Assembly (NCBI RefSeq): GCF_001194135.2
Contig: NC_068999.1
Span: 11,612,169 to 11,647,083, forward strand
DNA: 34,915 bases
Reading direction: 5' to 3'
Source of the DNA: Octopus bimaculoides
Lineage: Eukaryota
Positions 11,421-24,640 of this stretch are shown in pieces. A program made the translations under genes and the position numbers. Within the stretch, counting starts at the first letter, position 1, and each line of letters opens with the position of its first letter. The notes below the pieces were generated by a model. It saw only the letters and a program-made list of their open reading frames with translations. It was not told where the DNA came from and ran no database searches.

Positions 11421-11984
11421 CGTATACAGACATAAACCTACCAAACTAAGCCAAGCTTAGTCCGTAATCTAGGTCTACGCTGAACACGCAACGAAAGATC
11501 GCATCTGAAACCTCGCAAAGTCACGTTGCATTTAATCTACTCAGGTGGCATGTCGACTTCCTGTCTAGTGATTTTTTCTGTCCCAAACAATGAGATTCGG
11601 AATAAAAAAACAAAATACATTTACAATTTCTAAATTAGTGTGACTGTTGAGATTTTTCTTCTTGCTTCTTAGTAAATTCTGGATCCACGCAGCTTCGGAC
11701 AGACTGTTTGGTAATAATTACCTGGATTTGTGATTAGGTTTACAAGCTGTGTATTTGTAGATTTTCATGGTGTTTGCAGTTGCTGACTAGATGATATATG
11801 CATAATTTGTGACGCAGATTCTAAGATGCGATTGTGATCATAGAATATTATTCAATATTCTGTTAGGTTTACCTTGTTATCGATATGAATACGAACCAGA
11901 TCTCGTGAGGAATATAATTTCTTATATGTTTGTGTCTAATCTATGAGAGTGAGAGTACGGTTAGTTATTTGTCATCTACGTAAT

Positions 11985-12076
11985 CACCATGGTTAAGAAA
12001 CTCAGTTTGAAACTACGTGTTTTGGCTTCAGTCTCATTGTATAACACCTTGAACATGTGTGTCGTCTGCTATCACT
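11985..12076 (+). mobile_element. Family-B-like SINE head relic
   Basis: atggttaagaaactc...ggcttcagtctcatt...acaccttgaacatgtgt aligns loosely with 18730-18820. Confidence 0.45.
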
Positions 12077-12256
12077 AAGAAACGATCAAAGATTTGAAGT
12101 TGAATTTGCTTGACGAAAATTGTCTGAAAGCCCGTCTAAATTATATACATACACACAAATAAGCAAAGTGATTGGGCTGAATTTCATAGTTTACATAAAA
12201 CGAAAAGAAAAACTCGTCCAATACTATCAGCAAAATTATAACAACGGAATAACAGT

Positions 12257-12800
12257 TTACTCAATGTAGCCGCCTCCAATTTCTACCACACTCTCAAACG
12301 ATTCCGGAACCTAGTGCATGCGTTCCTTATTGTATCCCTGGGAAGATCTTCAAAAGATTCCTCGATCCTGGCTTTGTTGTTTCCGGCAGAGTGACTGATG
12401 TCATTCTCGACCACAGTCCACACATTGTAATCCAAGGGAATTGCAAATGGTGGAATTAGGAAGCCAAAATTTTAGGCTAGTGAAATTCTAGAAATCTTTC
12501 GACAATCAATTCTGACAATTTTTAAAGTTAGGGCTAGTAGCCATCCTTTCCTGTCAGAGTTTGATCACAAACTCCGGCAGCTTTACATAACCGTCTGAAC
12601 TGAGCCTAAAACCTGGTTCAGCATGGCATCACCTTCACTGCACTACCAGAAGGACTATCATAGTTTCAAAGAACCTGGTTTTCATGATGTCTGAGTCACA
12701 TCTTACAGTCTTTGCAATATCCACAGAGCATGGAGCAGTAGAAACAGTGTCAGTATTTTGATACCCCGTGACTCAGATAACTCTTTTCTAGTATTCAGAT
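12257..12800 (-). pseudogene. maT/rosa-like (DDxD) Tc1-mariner transposase relic
   Basis: Across frameshifts: IMKTRF; SEGDAM; GFRLSSDGYVKL; FWLPNSTICN/PLDYNVWTVVE; RIEESFEDLPRDTIRNACTRFRNR; VVEIGGGYIE* (stop 12259-12257). The QQD segment is deleted, so the catalytic spacing cannot be counted. Upper boundary approximate. Confidence 0.82.
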
Positions 12801-13374
12801 TGCATCGAATTTACCATGTCTGCTAACTTTTTTTCGCCTATATGTTTATGCTATCCGACACCGTTCACAGTGTTCAAATACATCAAGCTGCTCCCTAAAA
12901 ATCGCCAAATTTAGCCCGAACACACCACTTGACAACCGTTCTCGGTTTCTTTAGATCCCCGTAAAGTACAGGTTCCTCAAATGGCACCGATAGAAGACGT
13001 ACCACATTTTAAATAGAAAAGCAAAGTATGTAGGGGTATATATATATGTATATAAATTATAAATGCCAAGAGAAATAGTGTAATGAAATTTATGTAACAG
13101 TTGGAAAATCCACATATCACAACAAATCTTCCTTAACTTAAAGCATGACAATATAATTTATTTCATCATATTTGATAATAATAAAATAACTTATATATCT
13201 GCTTTTGCAAATAATCTTTTAGTAGTAGTTTTAACTAGTACAGTATCCTATATACTATATAGTTTGTAGTATGATACATGATAGAGGTCTTTTGTTATGA
13301 GTACAAGTGGATGAGTTGAATCCATATAACGTGTCTTAAATTTATAGGTGTATATGTGTGTGTATTTATATATA

Positions 13375-13375
13375 C

Positions 13376-13407
<32 letters not shown>

Positions 13408-13470
13408 TTTATGTATGTATGTGTATATATGCGTGTGTGTGTGTGTGTTTTGTGTGTATACGTAAGTATG
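13375..13470. repeat. (TG)n/(TA)n microsatellite
   Basis: Visible dinucleotide runs. Confidence 0.9.
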
Positions 13471-13555
13471 TATTTATTTATAATTTATATCTACAAATTT
13501 CTGGGAGTGGTATTTTAGATTTAAACTCTATCCTCTGTTTCTTATATGTTTATAA

Positions 13556-14115
13556 NNNNNNNNNNNNNNNNNNNNNNNNNNNNNNNNNNNNNNNNNNNNN
13601 NNNNNNNNNNNNNNNNNNNNNNNNNNNNNNNNNNNNNNNNNNNNNNNNNNNNNNNNNNNNNNNNNNNNNNNNNNNNNNNNNNNNNNNNNNNNNNNNNNNN
13701 NNNNNNNNNNNNNNNNNNNNNNNNNNNNNNNNNNNNNNNNNNNNNNNNNNNNNNNNNNNNNNNNNNNNNNNNNNNNNNNNNNNNNNNNNNNNNNNNNNNN
13801 NNNNNNNNNNNNNNNNNNNNNNNNNNNNNNNNNNNNNNNNNNNNNNNNNNNNNNNNNNNNNNNNNNNNNNNNNNNNNNNNNNNNNNNNNNNNNNNNNNNN
13901 NNNNNNNNNNNNNNNNNNNNNNNNNNNNNNNNNNNNNNNNNNNNNNNNNNNNNNNNNNNNNNNNNNNNNNNNNNNNNNNNNNNNNNNNNNNNNNNNNNNN
14001 NNNNNNNNNNNNNNNNNNNNNNNNNNNNNNNNNNNNNNNNNNNNNNNNNNNNNNNNNNNNNNNNNNNNNNNNNNNNNNNNNNNNNNNNNNNNNNNNNNNN
14101 NNNNNNNNNNNNNNN
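13556..14115. other. Assembly gap (N)
   Basis: 560 N. Confidence 0.99.
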
Positions 14116-14660
14116 GTAAAAGAAAATACAGGAGGATCAGTTAATTATGGTTTTACTGATCATATTTCCTTTTCAGATTCTCACACTTATTTGCAGTGGT
14201 CCTTCAGTTTTTCTAAACTCTTTAAAATGCATTGAATGTTTTGGACTCCAACCAAGTCTTTTGTGATGCCTTGAAAACCAGGATCTTTTAAGTACACAAT
14301 CGTACATATACATGATTTCCCATATAAAACTGTACCTAAGATGTTATACTCAGACGAAGGCACGAGCTGATACGCAAGAAATATGTTATGGGTGCATTGC
14401 ATGTTAATGTAGAAACAGCTGTAAGCTGGTGAAAGTCATTACATGATGTCTTCATATTTCATTTTTAAGATATATGTGCGTGCGTTTGTGTTTGTATGTT
14501 TCTGTATGCGTACGCATCTATATACGTATAAACAAACATCACTACGTACAATTGTATTAAAAGATACCACACATACATAAATCTTAGAATGTTAGCAGTT
14601 ACATCACAGCAGCGTAAGTCAAAGTTATTCAATATCTGTAGAAGATAAGCCACTGTTTTT

Positions 14661-14740
14661 CCAGTATAGTTAGCGGTAAGTTTTAGATGGAGAATAGTGT
14701 GAGGTTTCGACCTTAGCTCTTCGCCAGTAAAACGGGAAAC

Positions 14741-14744
<4 letters not shown>
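14661..14744 (-). mobile_element. Penelope-like terminal fragment with hammerhead-like motif
   Basis: Minus strand CTGGCGAA-GAGC-TAA-GGTC-GAAAC at 14727-14704, next to (TA)n at 14745-14785. Confidence 0.45.
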
Positions 14745-14787
<43 letters not shown>

Positions 14788-15403
14788 ACATACGTGTTTG
14801 TGTATGTATATGTATGTGTATTTGTCTGCTTGTGTATGAATGTATATATGCATGTTTGCATATACAAACAAAAGAAATCAAACACATTGTAGTAATGAAG
14901 CTATGCTTATTCCATAGAAAATGTTATAATTAAGACATGTTGATTGAGTACTTGTCCTATGCACAATTCAACAAATCGTAATTTCTTTTAATAAAACAAA
15001 AATCAATTATAATAGTATAATAACATTGACACAAACACTTTATAGCTTCTTATCTCATTAAATGTTCGTCTTGTTGATCTTGATGTGTTCATTGTCGCGT
15101 CTTCTGAATCTACCACTTCTTATATAAGCTTATGACCATAACAGTTAACTCCATAGACAAAGGCAGAGGATTGTGGTTCCACAGAAATTTGGTTGCTATT
15201 TCTAAAACTTATATACACCAGTTTCAAATCCTTTTATACGTACGTATGTACGTATAAAGGGATTTGTATTTAGGCAGTGTGTTACATATCTGAAGGCCCC
15301 AATAATCTCATGTATTAACTGAAATTGTAATGTGGATAGAGTAACTGGATAGAGACAATAATTAAGCGACGGTATTACTCGGTATTGAGTTACAACGATC
15401 TTA

Positions 15404-16804
<1,401 letters not shown>

Positions 16805-17082
16805 TCTAAAATAATACGTAGGGGGATCGACAGCTTTCACGTACGATTTACTACCGATAGGAAACCATTAGGATATACAGATATATTTAAAGTACACATA
16901 ATTCCGGATTATAAAAGTGTCACCATTAATATTTAAATATTTCTCTCTATTTTAGGTGATAACTTCAAAACAAGTTCTTTGTTCCAGAATTAGATTCGCT
17001 GTCTCCAGTATGCACTTTAATTCATTCCCAACCAGTTTGCACGGATAGTAAATCCTCATCATTATCAACATCATGATGCTCG

Positions 17083-17085
<3 letters not shown>

Positions 17086-17137
<52 letters not shown>
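17086..17137. repeat. (TTA)n microsatellite
   Basis: Perfect run. Confidence 0.97.
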
Positions 17138-17650
17138 GATTTAGTATTATTTTAATCGCGTGCTTTCACTGCACTACCGAGCGCAGCTCTGTGTGACTAG
17201 AGTATGTGATGTGGTTTGTTGTGGTGATCTTATTTTCAATGCATTGAAAGAGTTTTACGTAAGATGTGTGTTGTGTCTAGTAGTGCTGTTTTCTGTGGGT
17301 TATATATACTTGTAAGTCCTAGTGATTTTGTTATGTATTTGTTTGAATGTTTTTTTTTTTATCATACCTAATGCGCCCACTATGATAGGAATTATTTATG
17401 TTTTTAGATTCCACATTCGAGTTACCTCTATTTCCGGATCTTTGCATTTTGAAAGTTTCTCCATGTCTTTTAGCGAAACGTTGTCATCTGTTGGTATTAA
17501 AAAGAATTTTTTCCTTCATGATCTCTGACAACTATATCTGGCCTATTGGCCTTAATTTCTCTATTGGTATATCTCATAGTATGGTTGCTTTCTACTTTTC
17601 TGTGACCTTCTGTGGCGTGTAGCTATACTATCCTTTATCTGTTGTTATTC
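17138..17650 (-). mobile_element. 5'-truncated R4/Dong-like retrotransposon, decayed
   Basis: Minus strand, across frameshifts: TPQKVTEK*KATIL*D; EIKANRPDIVVRDHE; PTDDNVSLKDMEKLSKCKDPEIEVTRMWNLKT; IIPIIVGALGMI; QKTALLDTTHILRKTLSM. The 3' UTR runs directly into (TAA)n. Confidence 0.9.
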
Positions 17651-17700
17651 CGAGTGGATTTGGTAGACCAAAACTGAAAGAATCCCGTCGTATATATATA
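17651..17700 (+). mobile_element. Family-B SINE internal fragment
   Basis: gagtggatttggtagaccaaaactgaaagaatcccgtcgtatatat matches 18845-18895. Confidence 0.8.
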
Positions 17701-18592
17701 TGAATTAGAAGTGAAATATCTGTCAAATTTCATCAGTCTTTTGCTCTTCAGAAAAAAACCACATAAAGGTTTGCTTCAGCTGACACCGAAAATACACATT
17801 TTAGGAATTATGTTATACTTTTCTATTCTAGGCACAAGGCCCGAAATTTTGGAGGAGGAGACCAGTCGATTAGATCGACCCAAGTACACAACTGGTACTT
17901 AATTTATAGATCCCGAAAGGATAAAACGCAAAATCGACCTCGGCGGAATTTGAGCTCAGAACATAGAGACAAACCAAATACTGCTAAACATATCGCCCGG
18001 CGTGCTAACGATTCTTAATTCTTTATTGTCCACAAGGGGCTGAACTTACAGAGGAGAAACAAGGACAGACAAAGGGATTAAGTCGATTACATCGACCCCA
18101 GTGCGTATATGGTACTTAATTTATCGAACCCGAAAGGATGAAAGGCAAAGCCGACCTCGGCGGAATTTGAACTCAGAACGTGACGGCAGATGAAATACCG
18201 CTAAGCATTCCGCACGGCGTGCTAACGTTTCTGCCAGCTATAACTTAAATGCTATGAAATTGCGGCACAGCTGGCAACACAACTTCTCAGTTTAGTATAA
18301 TCCAATATATTAGATTCTTAATATGCTATGTATAAATTTCTTTTATAATTTTTAAAGATTATCCATAAAAACATATTTGTAAATAAAAATAACTTGTAAA
18401 ACAGAAAGATATAGTTTAATGTGATTAGTTAGATATGGGTAGTTAAATCTGCCCTGGAAAATGTAAATAAAACTAATTTCTAATATGAGTTTTTTCGGTG
18501 TCAGCTGAAGGAAATCTTTGATGTGGTTTTGTCTGAAGAGCAAAGGGCTGGTGACATTTGGCAGATATTTCACTTCTGTTTCATATTCGGTG
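17698..18592. mobile_element. MITE-like element with ~115-bp terminal inverted repeats, interrupted by a SINE dimer
   Basis: 17698-17813 (gaagtgaaatatctgtcaaat...cttcagctgacaccgaaaa) is the reverse complement, with mismatches, of 18472-18585. The right end ...atattcggtg is followed by TA; the outermost ~7 bp of the left arm are missing. Confidence 0.8.
17814..18239 (-). mobile_element. Family-A SINE dimer
   Basis: Tail 2 (ttctattctaggcacaaggcccgaaatt), a first body, junction cgtgctaacgattcttaattctttattgtccacaagggg, a second body, and head gtttctgccagct. Confidence 0.93.
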
Positions 18593-18675
18593 TATATTAA
18601 ATATGGTCATATTGGACCTATAAAAGCGTACAAACAGAGACACATAAACGAACGCACGCTCACACAAAAATATGT

Positions 18676-18720
18676 GATTTATGTACATAAGATTTATGTA
18701 CATAAGATTTATGTACATAG
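18676..18720. repeat. 15-bp tandem repeat x3 (GATTTATGTACATAA)
   Basis: Units start at 18676, 18691 and 18706. The first two contain the 12-bp palindrome TTATGTACATAA; the third ends in G. Confidence 0.95.
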
Positions 18721-19122
18721 GCGCAGGAGCTGCTGCGTGGTAAGTAGCTTGCTTACAAACCACATGGTTCCGGGTTCATTCCCTCTGCGTGGCATCTTGG
18801 GCAAGTGTCTTCTACTATAGCCTCGAGCCGACCAAAGCCTTGTGAGTAGATTTGGTAGACGGAAACTGAAAGAAGTCTGTCGTATATATGTATATATATG
18901 TGTGTGTGTGTGTATGTTTGTGTCTGTGTCCCCACAACATCGCTTGACAACCGATGCTGGTGTGTTTACGTCCCCGTAACCTAGCGGTTCGGCTAAAGAG
19001 ACCGATAGAATAAGCACTAAGCTTACAAAGAATAAGTCCTGGGGTCGATTTGCTCGACTAAAGGCGGTGCTCTAGCATGGCCGCAGTCAAATCACTGAAA
19101 CAAGTAAAAGAGTAAAAGAGTA
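18720..19122 (+). mobile_element. Family-B tRNA-derived SINE, full length
   Basis: Head ggcgcaggagctgctgcgtggtaag with B-box-like ccgggttcattcc; central ccttgggcaagtgtctt-like motif (CORE/Meta-SINE-like); internal (TA)(TG) run; tail gagtaaaagagtaa. Confidence 0.93.
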
Positions 19123-19312
19123 AGTATGTTTGTATAGTCGAAAGTAACAAACAACAAATCAATAAAGAAAGCTATCGACAGAGGAATAATTTCTCTCAGA
19201 TAATCATTCGTATTGAAGTTATATCCACGGTTTCGTGGTGAATCTTAACACTATTACATCTTCAGATTGCATGACCCTGATATAGCGCGAATATTTCCGA
19301 AGTTGAATGCAT

Positions 19313-19361
19313 GTTGAGTGTTGAGTAGCAGTCGAGTAGCAGTTGTGTAGCGGTTAAGTAG
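19313..19361. repeat. Imperfect 11-bp tandem repeat (GTTGAGTAGCA) x4
   Basis: Units at 19320, 19331, 19342 and 19353, plus a partial unit at 19313. Confidence 0.65.
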
Positions 19362-19420
19362 AGCTCATCCAAAGGTGCTAGAAAGCAGTAGCTTGAGACA
19401 TAGCAGTATGCATATCTAAC

Positions 19421-19585
19421 TGCCTGCCTACCTACCTACTTACCTACCTACGTACCTACTTACCTACCTACCTACCTACCTACCTACCTACATATCTACT
19501 TACCTACCTACCTACCTACCTACCTACCTACCTACCTACCTACCTACCTACCTACCTACCAACCTACCTACTTAACTAACTAACT
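19421..19585. repeat. (CCTA)n microsatellite
   Basis: Long tacc run degrading to taac. Confidence 0.95.
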
Positions 19586-19606
19586 ACCAGCGTATCAACG
19601 TATGTA

Positions 19607-20850
19607 CAAGGGTTGGACAAAATGGAAACACCTAGCATCATAACATCACAATTTCGAAATATCTATATAACCGTCAAAAGCTTGTTTATTTTTATGTTTT
19701 TTGATTTATTATTAGTGTTGCTTAATATGGTTTGCTAACATTGCTGTTTTTCTTCAGATATCATCAGAAAAAGGTAATTGAAATTCATTAAAATGACAGA
19801 TCTACCGGATTTTCTAAGAGATCAAATTGTTGGTGCTCGTATGGCTGGCGCTAGCTTAACGATAACAGCCGAAATGTTTGGTGTATCAAGAAGAACTGTC
19901 TCGTAAATAAATGACAGCCTTTGAGAAAGAGAGAAAAACCTCGTGGAATCAAAATTCTGGAAGAAAAAGAAAACATTCATATAGGGACCGTCGGACTCTT
20001 ACACAAATTGTTAGAAAGGATCACAAAATTACAACTCCCAAAATTACTGCAAAGTTTAATGATCACCTTGAGAACCCAGTTTCCACAAAAACTGTTCACT
20101 GGGAGCTGTACAAAGCCAGATTTCATGGGAGGGCTGCAATCAGAAAACCACTACTTTCGAAAACAAACGCTACAAAGCGTTTAAAGTGGAATAATAACCT
20201 ACAGAATTGGTCCCTAGATCAGTGGAAGAAAGTTATTTTCTGAGACGTGTGATCCTTTATATTATTTCGACCACCGACAGAGTATACGTGTGGAGACATC
20301 CAAAAGAATCATTTGATCCAGACTGCTTTCTTCCAACTGATAAACATGGAGGAGAATCTGTGATGATCTGCTGGGCTATATCTTGGAAATACGCCGGCCC
20401 AATGGTTTCCTTCCCTTCATGACAGAATTTAATAGTCAAACTATTTAAGCGTTTTATCTGATCAAATTCATGTTATGTTTGCGGAAATGTTTCCGGAGGG
20501 AATACAATCTTTCAGGATGATAATACACCAATTCACACAGCTAAAGTTGTTACTTTAAACATCTTATCTGGCCACCACAAACCCCAGATCTTAATATTAT
20601 TGAACATTTATGGTTCATTTTAGAAAAAAAAAAGTAAGCAGTCGATATCCTCCACCATCATCACTAAAAGATCTGGAGACTGTTTTAGCTGACGAATGGA
20701 CAAAAATTCCTTTGGAAACAATTCAAACATTGTACAAATCCATATCTCGTAGAATTCAAGCTGTAATTATAGCGAAAGGCGGTCCTGCCCCATATTAAAA
20801 TGAATTTGTTTAAAATGTTAAGGTATTTCCATTATTTTGTCCACCCCCTG
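19607..20850 (+). mobile_element. Full-length Tc1-family DNA transposon, inactive
   Basis: Left TIR CAAGGGTTGGACAAAAT---GGAAACACCT versus right TIR reverse complement CAGGGGGTGGACAAAATAATGGAAATACCT; TA at 19605-19606 and 20851-20852; 1244 bp. Confidence 0.95.
19793..20798 (+). pseudogene. Tc1 (DDE) transposase pseudogene
   Basis: MTDLPDFLRDQIVGARMAGAS...; SGRKRK; GRAAIRKPLLS; QWKKVIF; RVYVWR; KHGGESVMI; FQDDN..IHTAKVV; HLIWPPQTPDLNIIEHLW; RRIQAVIIAKGGPAPY*. Contains premature stops, frameshifts and a deletion between the second D and the E. Confidence 0.95.
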
Positions 20851-20861
20851 TATGTATATAC

Positions 20862-20863
<2 letters not shown>

Positions 20864-20933
<70 letters not shown>

Positions 20934-21115
20934 CTGTCTATCTATCTATCTATCTATCTATATATCTATCTATCTATATCTCTCTCTCTGTCTGTTTGTC
21001 TGACTATCTCTGTATTATCTATTTTTTATCTACCTATCTGTCTGCTTGTCGGTCTATGTAAACTTGTGTATTTCTATGTATACATACACACACACACTCA
21101 CACTCACACACACAA

Positions 21116-21176
<61 letters not shown>
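20864..21176. repeat. Compound microsatellite (CT, ATCT, CA, TA, TG)
   Basis: Visible runs immediately right of the Tc1 element. Confidence 0.93.
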
Positions 21177-21840
21177 TAGGTATACATATCTCTACATATC
21201 AATACATATTTATATCTATATGTTTGCGTGTGCTGGGGTGTACACAATCTGTAATAAAATACAATGTGTTACCTATTTCGTCCTATTTCTAAATATCATC
21301 CTCCACAAGTACAATATATTTTGCTAAATAGTAAATATTTATTACACTTCTGTGCATTTGAAAAATAAAAATGGGCGGGGAGGTATGTTTGCAGCTTGAT
21401 ATCATCTATGACTATGACGAGCGCCACTAATTAAACACAAAAAAATACACAAAAAAATTAAACACAAAAAATATATGTGCGTCAGGCATCAACGCTCCAC
21501 TCACATACGCAGACGTAATTCACTGTATATGTGCGTGAGTCTGTCTGTCTGTTTGTGTGTCTGTGTTTGCGTGCGTTTACGTCTACAGGTTTACGTACGT
21601 ACGAAAACGTAATACATACTGGCATCCGCTATTGATGCACTGTGTTTTATATGGGCACAAATACATTCTTATGTAGCCACATGCCTACCCATTTATTAAT
21701 GCTTGGTCTAAAGTTCAGTGAAATACGGGAAATCGAGTTATTATCAACTGGAAAACCTATCTCGCACCCAGTAGACACACACAGGCACGCACGCACCCAC
21801 GCATACACACACGTTAACCTATACACCAGAAAAGATATGG

Positions 21841-22063
21841 TTAACCCATTAGCGCCCATGGTCCTTTTTTTTTTAGGACCTCAAGGATAATCCATCATAT
21901 TTCTACAACACCTGTATTTTTTCTGAGATATCTGTAGTCGTCAAGACTGGAGTGTCTTTCAAATATTGTAATAAACATTTCTTTATGTATTTATTATCAG
22001 ATAAAGTTGTATAAAAAAATTGGTAACGAATTAAATAAAAAGATTTGGGCATGAATAGATTAA
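21841..22063. mobile_element. Possible piggyBac-type MITE
   Basis: TTAA at both ends; TTAACCCATTAGCGCCC versus reverse complement TTAATCTATTCATGCCC (12/17 match). Confidence 0.4.
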
Positions 22064-22199
22064 GATATTAAAATTATAATTCATATTTGGAACAATGAAT
22101 AAAGGTGTAAGTTATTTCTTAATTCCATCTATAGTATACACATCCGCATAGGTAGATATATACACACATATACGCATCTAAGCATACATAAGACAAAAC

Positions 22200-22606
22200 A
22201 TACATGTCTAGAGTCTGAAATAACATGTATGCTCGCATGCAGGTAGATGCAGATGTGGGCATACGTACATGCATGCATGCATACATACATGGATGCATAC
22301 ATATATACTTACATACATACACACATACATGCATAGGTACATACATGCATGGATGTATACATACATATACGCACACAAGGATGCATACATACAAACTTAT
22401 ACACATGCATACATACATGCATACATGAATGCATACATACATGCGTGCATACACGTACATACATACATACATACATACATGCGTGCATACATGTACATAC
22501 ATACGTACATACGTACATACATACACGCGTGCAAACATACATAAATACATACAAACTTACATACACACATGCATACATACATACATACATACATGCATAC
22601 AACATT
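22200..22606. repeat. (CATA)n-based complex microsatellite
   Basis: catacatg/catacgta variants; source of many H/T/Y and M/Y/V/C ORFs. Confidence 0.93.
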
Positions 22607-23039
22607 AACTAGCTGTAGCTGACTAAATTACAACTAAAGAGTCTTGCTTCTCAATTAATAGAGAAATGTTAAAAATAAAATTACAACATATATCCACAAA
22701 CAAACATGCGTATGTAACCTCAGTTATTACGGCATCGGATATTTAGATTGGATCTATCAAACGATGGAGATAATCATTTAGACGCCGACGAGTCGTTTAT
22801 TGATAACTAATGCTGGCAAATAACAAATCTGTAGAGGGCAAAGGTGAGAGATATATCAGTAAATTCTCTAAGCTAGTCTCAGAAGATTTGCCAGAGTTGA
22901 AGATCACGTTTTAATTTGTGTTATTGAATAATGTCCCAAATTCAGACAATCGGTGGTGTGTGTAATTACATGGAAATATCCTAAGATGTTTGATACGTCT
23001 CTTGTTTCTAGAGGGGTATACTAACTGCGCAGATATAGA

Positions 23040-23215
23040 TGCGTGCATGCATACATACTCACACACACCCACACACACACTCACACACACACAGACATAC
23101 ATATACAAAGACAGAAATGCACGCACATACACTCACACACACACACACACACGTATATATGCATGTATATTTACATACGTACATATATATAAATGCATAT
23201 GTATGTATATATAAT

Positions 23216-23250
<35 letters not shown>

Positions 23251-23735
23251 NNNNNNNNNNNNNNNNNNNNNNNNNNNNNNNNNNNNNNNNNNNNNNNNNN
23301 NNNNNNNNNNNNNNNNNNNNNNNNNNNNNNNNNNNNNNNNNNNNNNNNNNNNNNNNNNNNNNNNNNNNNNNNNNNNNNNNNNNNNNNNNNNNNNNNNNNN
23401 NNNNNNNNNNNNNNNNNNNNNNNNNNNNNNNNNNNNNNNNNNNNNNNNNNNNNNNNNNNNNNNNNNNNNNNNNNNNNNNNNNNNNNNNNNNNNNNNNNNN
23501 NNNNNNNNNNNNNNNNNNNNNNNNNNNNNNNNNNNNNNNNNNNNNNNNNNNNNNNNNNNNNNNNNNNNNNNNNNNNNNNNNNNNNNNNNNNNNNNNNNNN
23601 NNNNNNNNNNNNNNNNNNNNNNNNNNNNNNNNNNNNNNNNNNNNNNNNNNNNNNNNNNNNNNNNNNNNNNNNNNNNNNNNNNNNNNNNNNNNNNNNNNNN
23701 NNNNNNNNNNNNNTATGTATGTATGTATGTATGCA
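23040..23735. repeat. CA/TA/CT microsatellites around a 463-N gap (23251-23713)
   Basis: Visible runs on both sides of the gap. Confidence 0.9.
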
Positions 23736-23774
23736 TATGTGTATAGATTTATGTATACATATTTGTTATTGACA

Positions 23775-23880
23775 AGTGAATGGTTAGCTAAAATGTTAAA
23801 TATTTCAAGTGCAATATTCCAAGGTGACAGTCTGTCTATGCTTTTGTTTATTTTTGGTAATACATCCTCTGAGTGTTTCT
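23775..23880 (+). mobile_element. Non-LTR reverse transcriptase fragment
   Basis: NISSAIFQGDSLSMLLFI (IFQGDSLS at 23814-23837), matching the GIFQGDSLSPLLF motif of non-LTR RTs; IHPLS follows in another frame. Confidence 0.55.
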
Positions 23881-24405
23881 ATAACAAAATCCAACTCGTC
23901 CGTATTCAGGACCCTACTCTGGCAAGATGCACCAACGAAATTTTAAATTTGTCTTGATACGAACAAAATATCTACACTAGAAATGTATTAACAATGCCGT
24001 GAAGCAACTAAATTTAGTTACAATATCATCATTATTAAGTGATATGCTGATGTAATTTGCCAAAAGAAATGTTCATATTTGACATCTGAACACGGAGAAA
24101 CTCTCTCGCAATTACAACAATTTTGCATTAGTGGTTTTCCCTATCACTCCTGTGGTACAAAATCAGTACAACAAATACAGAGACTTTGAGAAAAATATAT
24201 AATATAATGCTGCTGTGAATAAAGATTTAGAAACCCAAAAATGTTAGCCCAAACTTCTAATAAAATGTATTTTCAATCCCGCCGCTGAAACAAGATGGTA
24301 CCTCGAAATATATTTGCAAAACTGGTCCTGATAATATAATTTAGGATACAGAAGCAGCTTTATTAGAAAGGTGCATCAAGGTCAGCATAAGTTGTCTCAC
24401 ATTCT

Positions 24406-24640
24406 TATTTCTTTATTGCCCACAAGGGGCTAAACATAGAGGGGACCTACAAGGATAGACAAAGGGATAAATTCGATTACATCGACCCCAGTGCATAACC
24501 GGTACTTAATTTATCGACCCCGAAAGGATGAAAGGTTAGGTCGACCTCGGCGGAATTTGAACTCAGAACGTAGCGGCAGACGAAATACCGCTAAGCACTT
24601 CGCCCGGCTTGCTAACGATTTTGCCAGCTCGCCGTCTTTA
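24406..24640 (-). mobile_element. Family-A SINE monomer (tail 1) with perfect target-site duplication
   Basis: 11-bp TSD TCTCACATTCT at 24395-24405 and 24641-24651; complete body. Confidence 0.95.

Noticed and set aside
16956-17050. Acceptor atttctctctattttag as an exon start
   Set aside because: All frames close within about 30 codons and the peptide is unrecognisable.
18676-19361. Short tandem repeats as CRISPR-like arrays
   Set aside because: No unique spacers, units only 11-15 bp, eukaryotic context and no cas genes.
19421-19585. (CCTA)n as an interstitial telomere
   Set aside because: The unit is TAGG, not TTAGG or TTAGGG; an ordinary tetranucleotide microsatellite.
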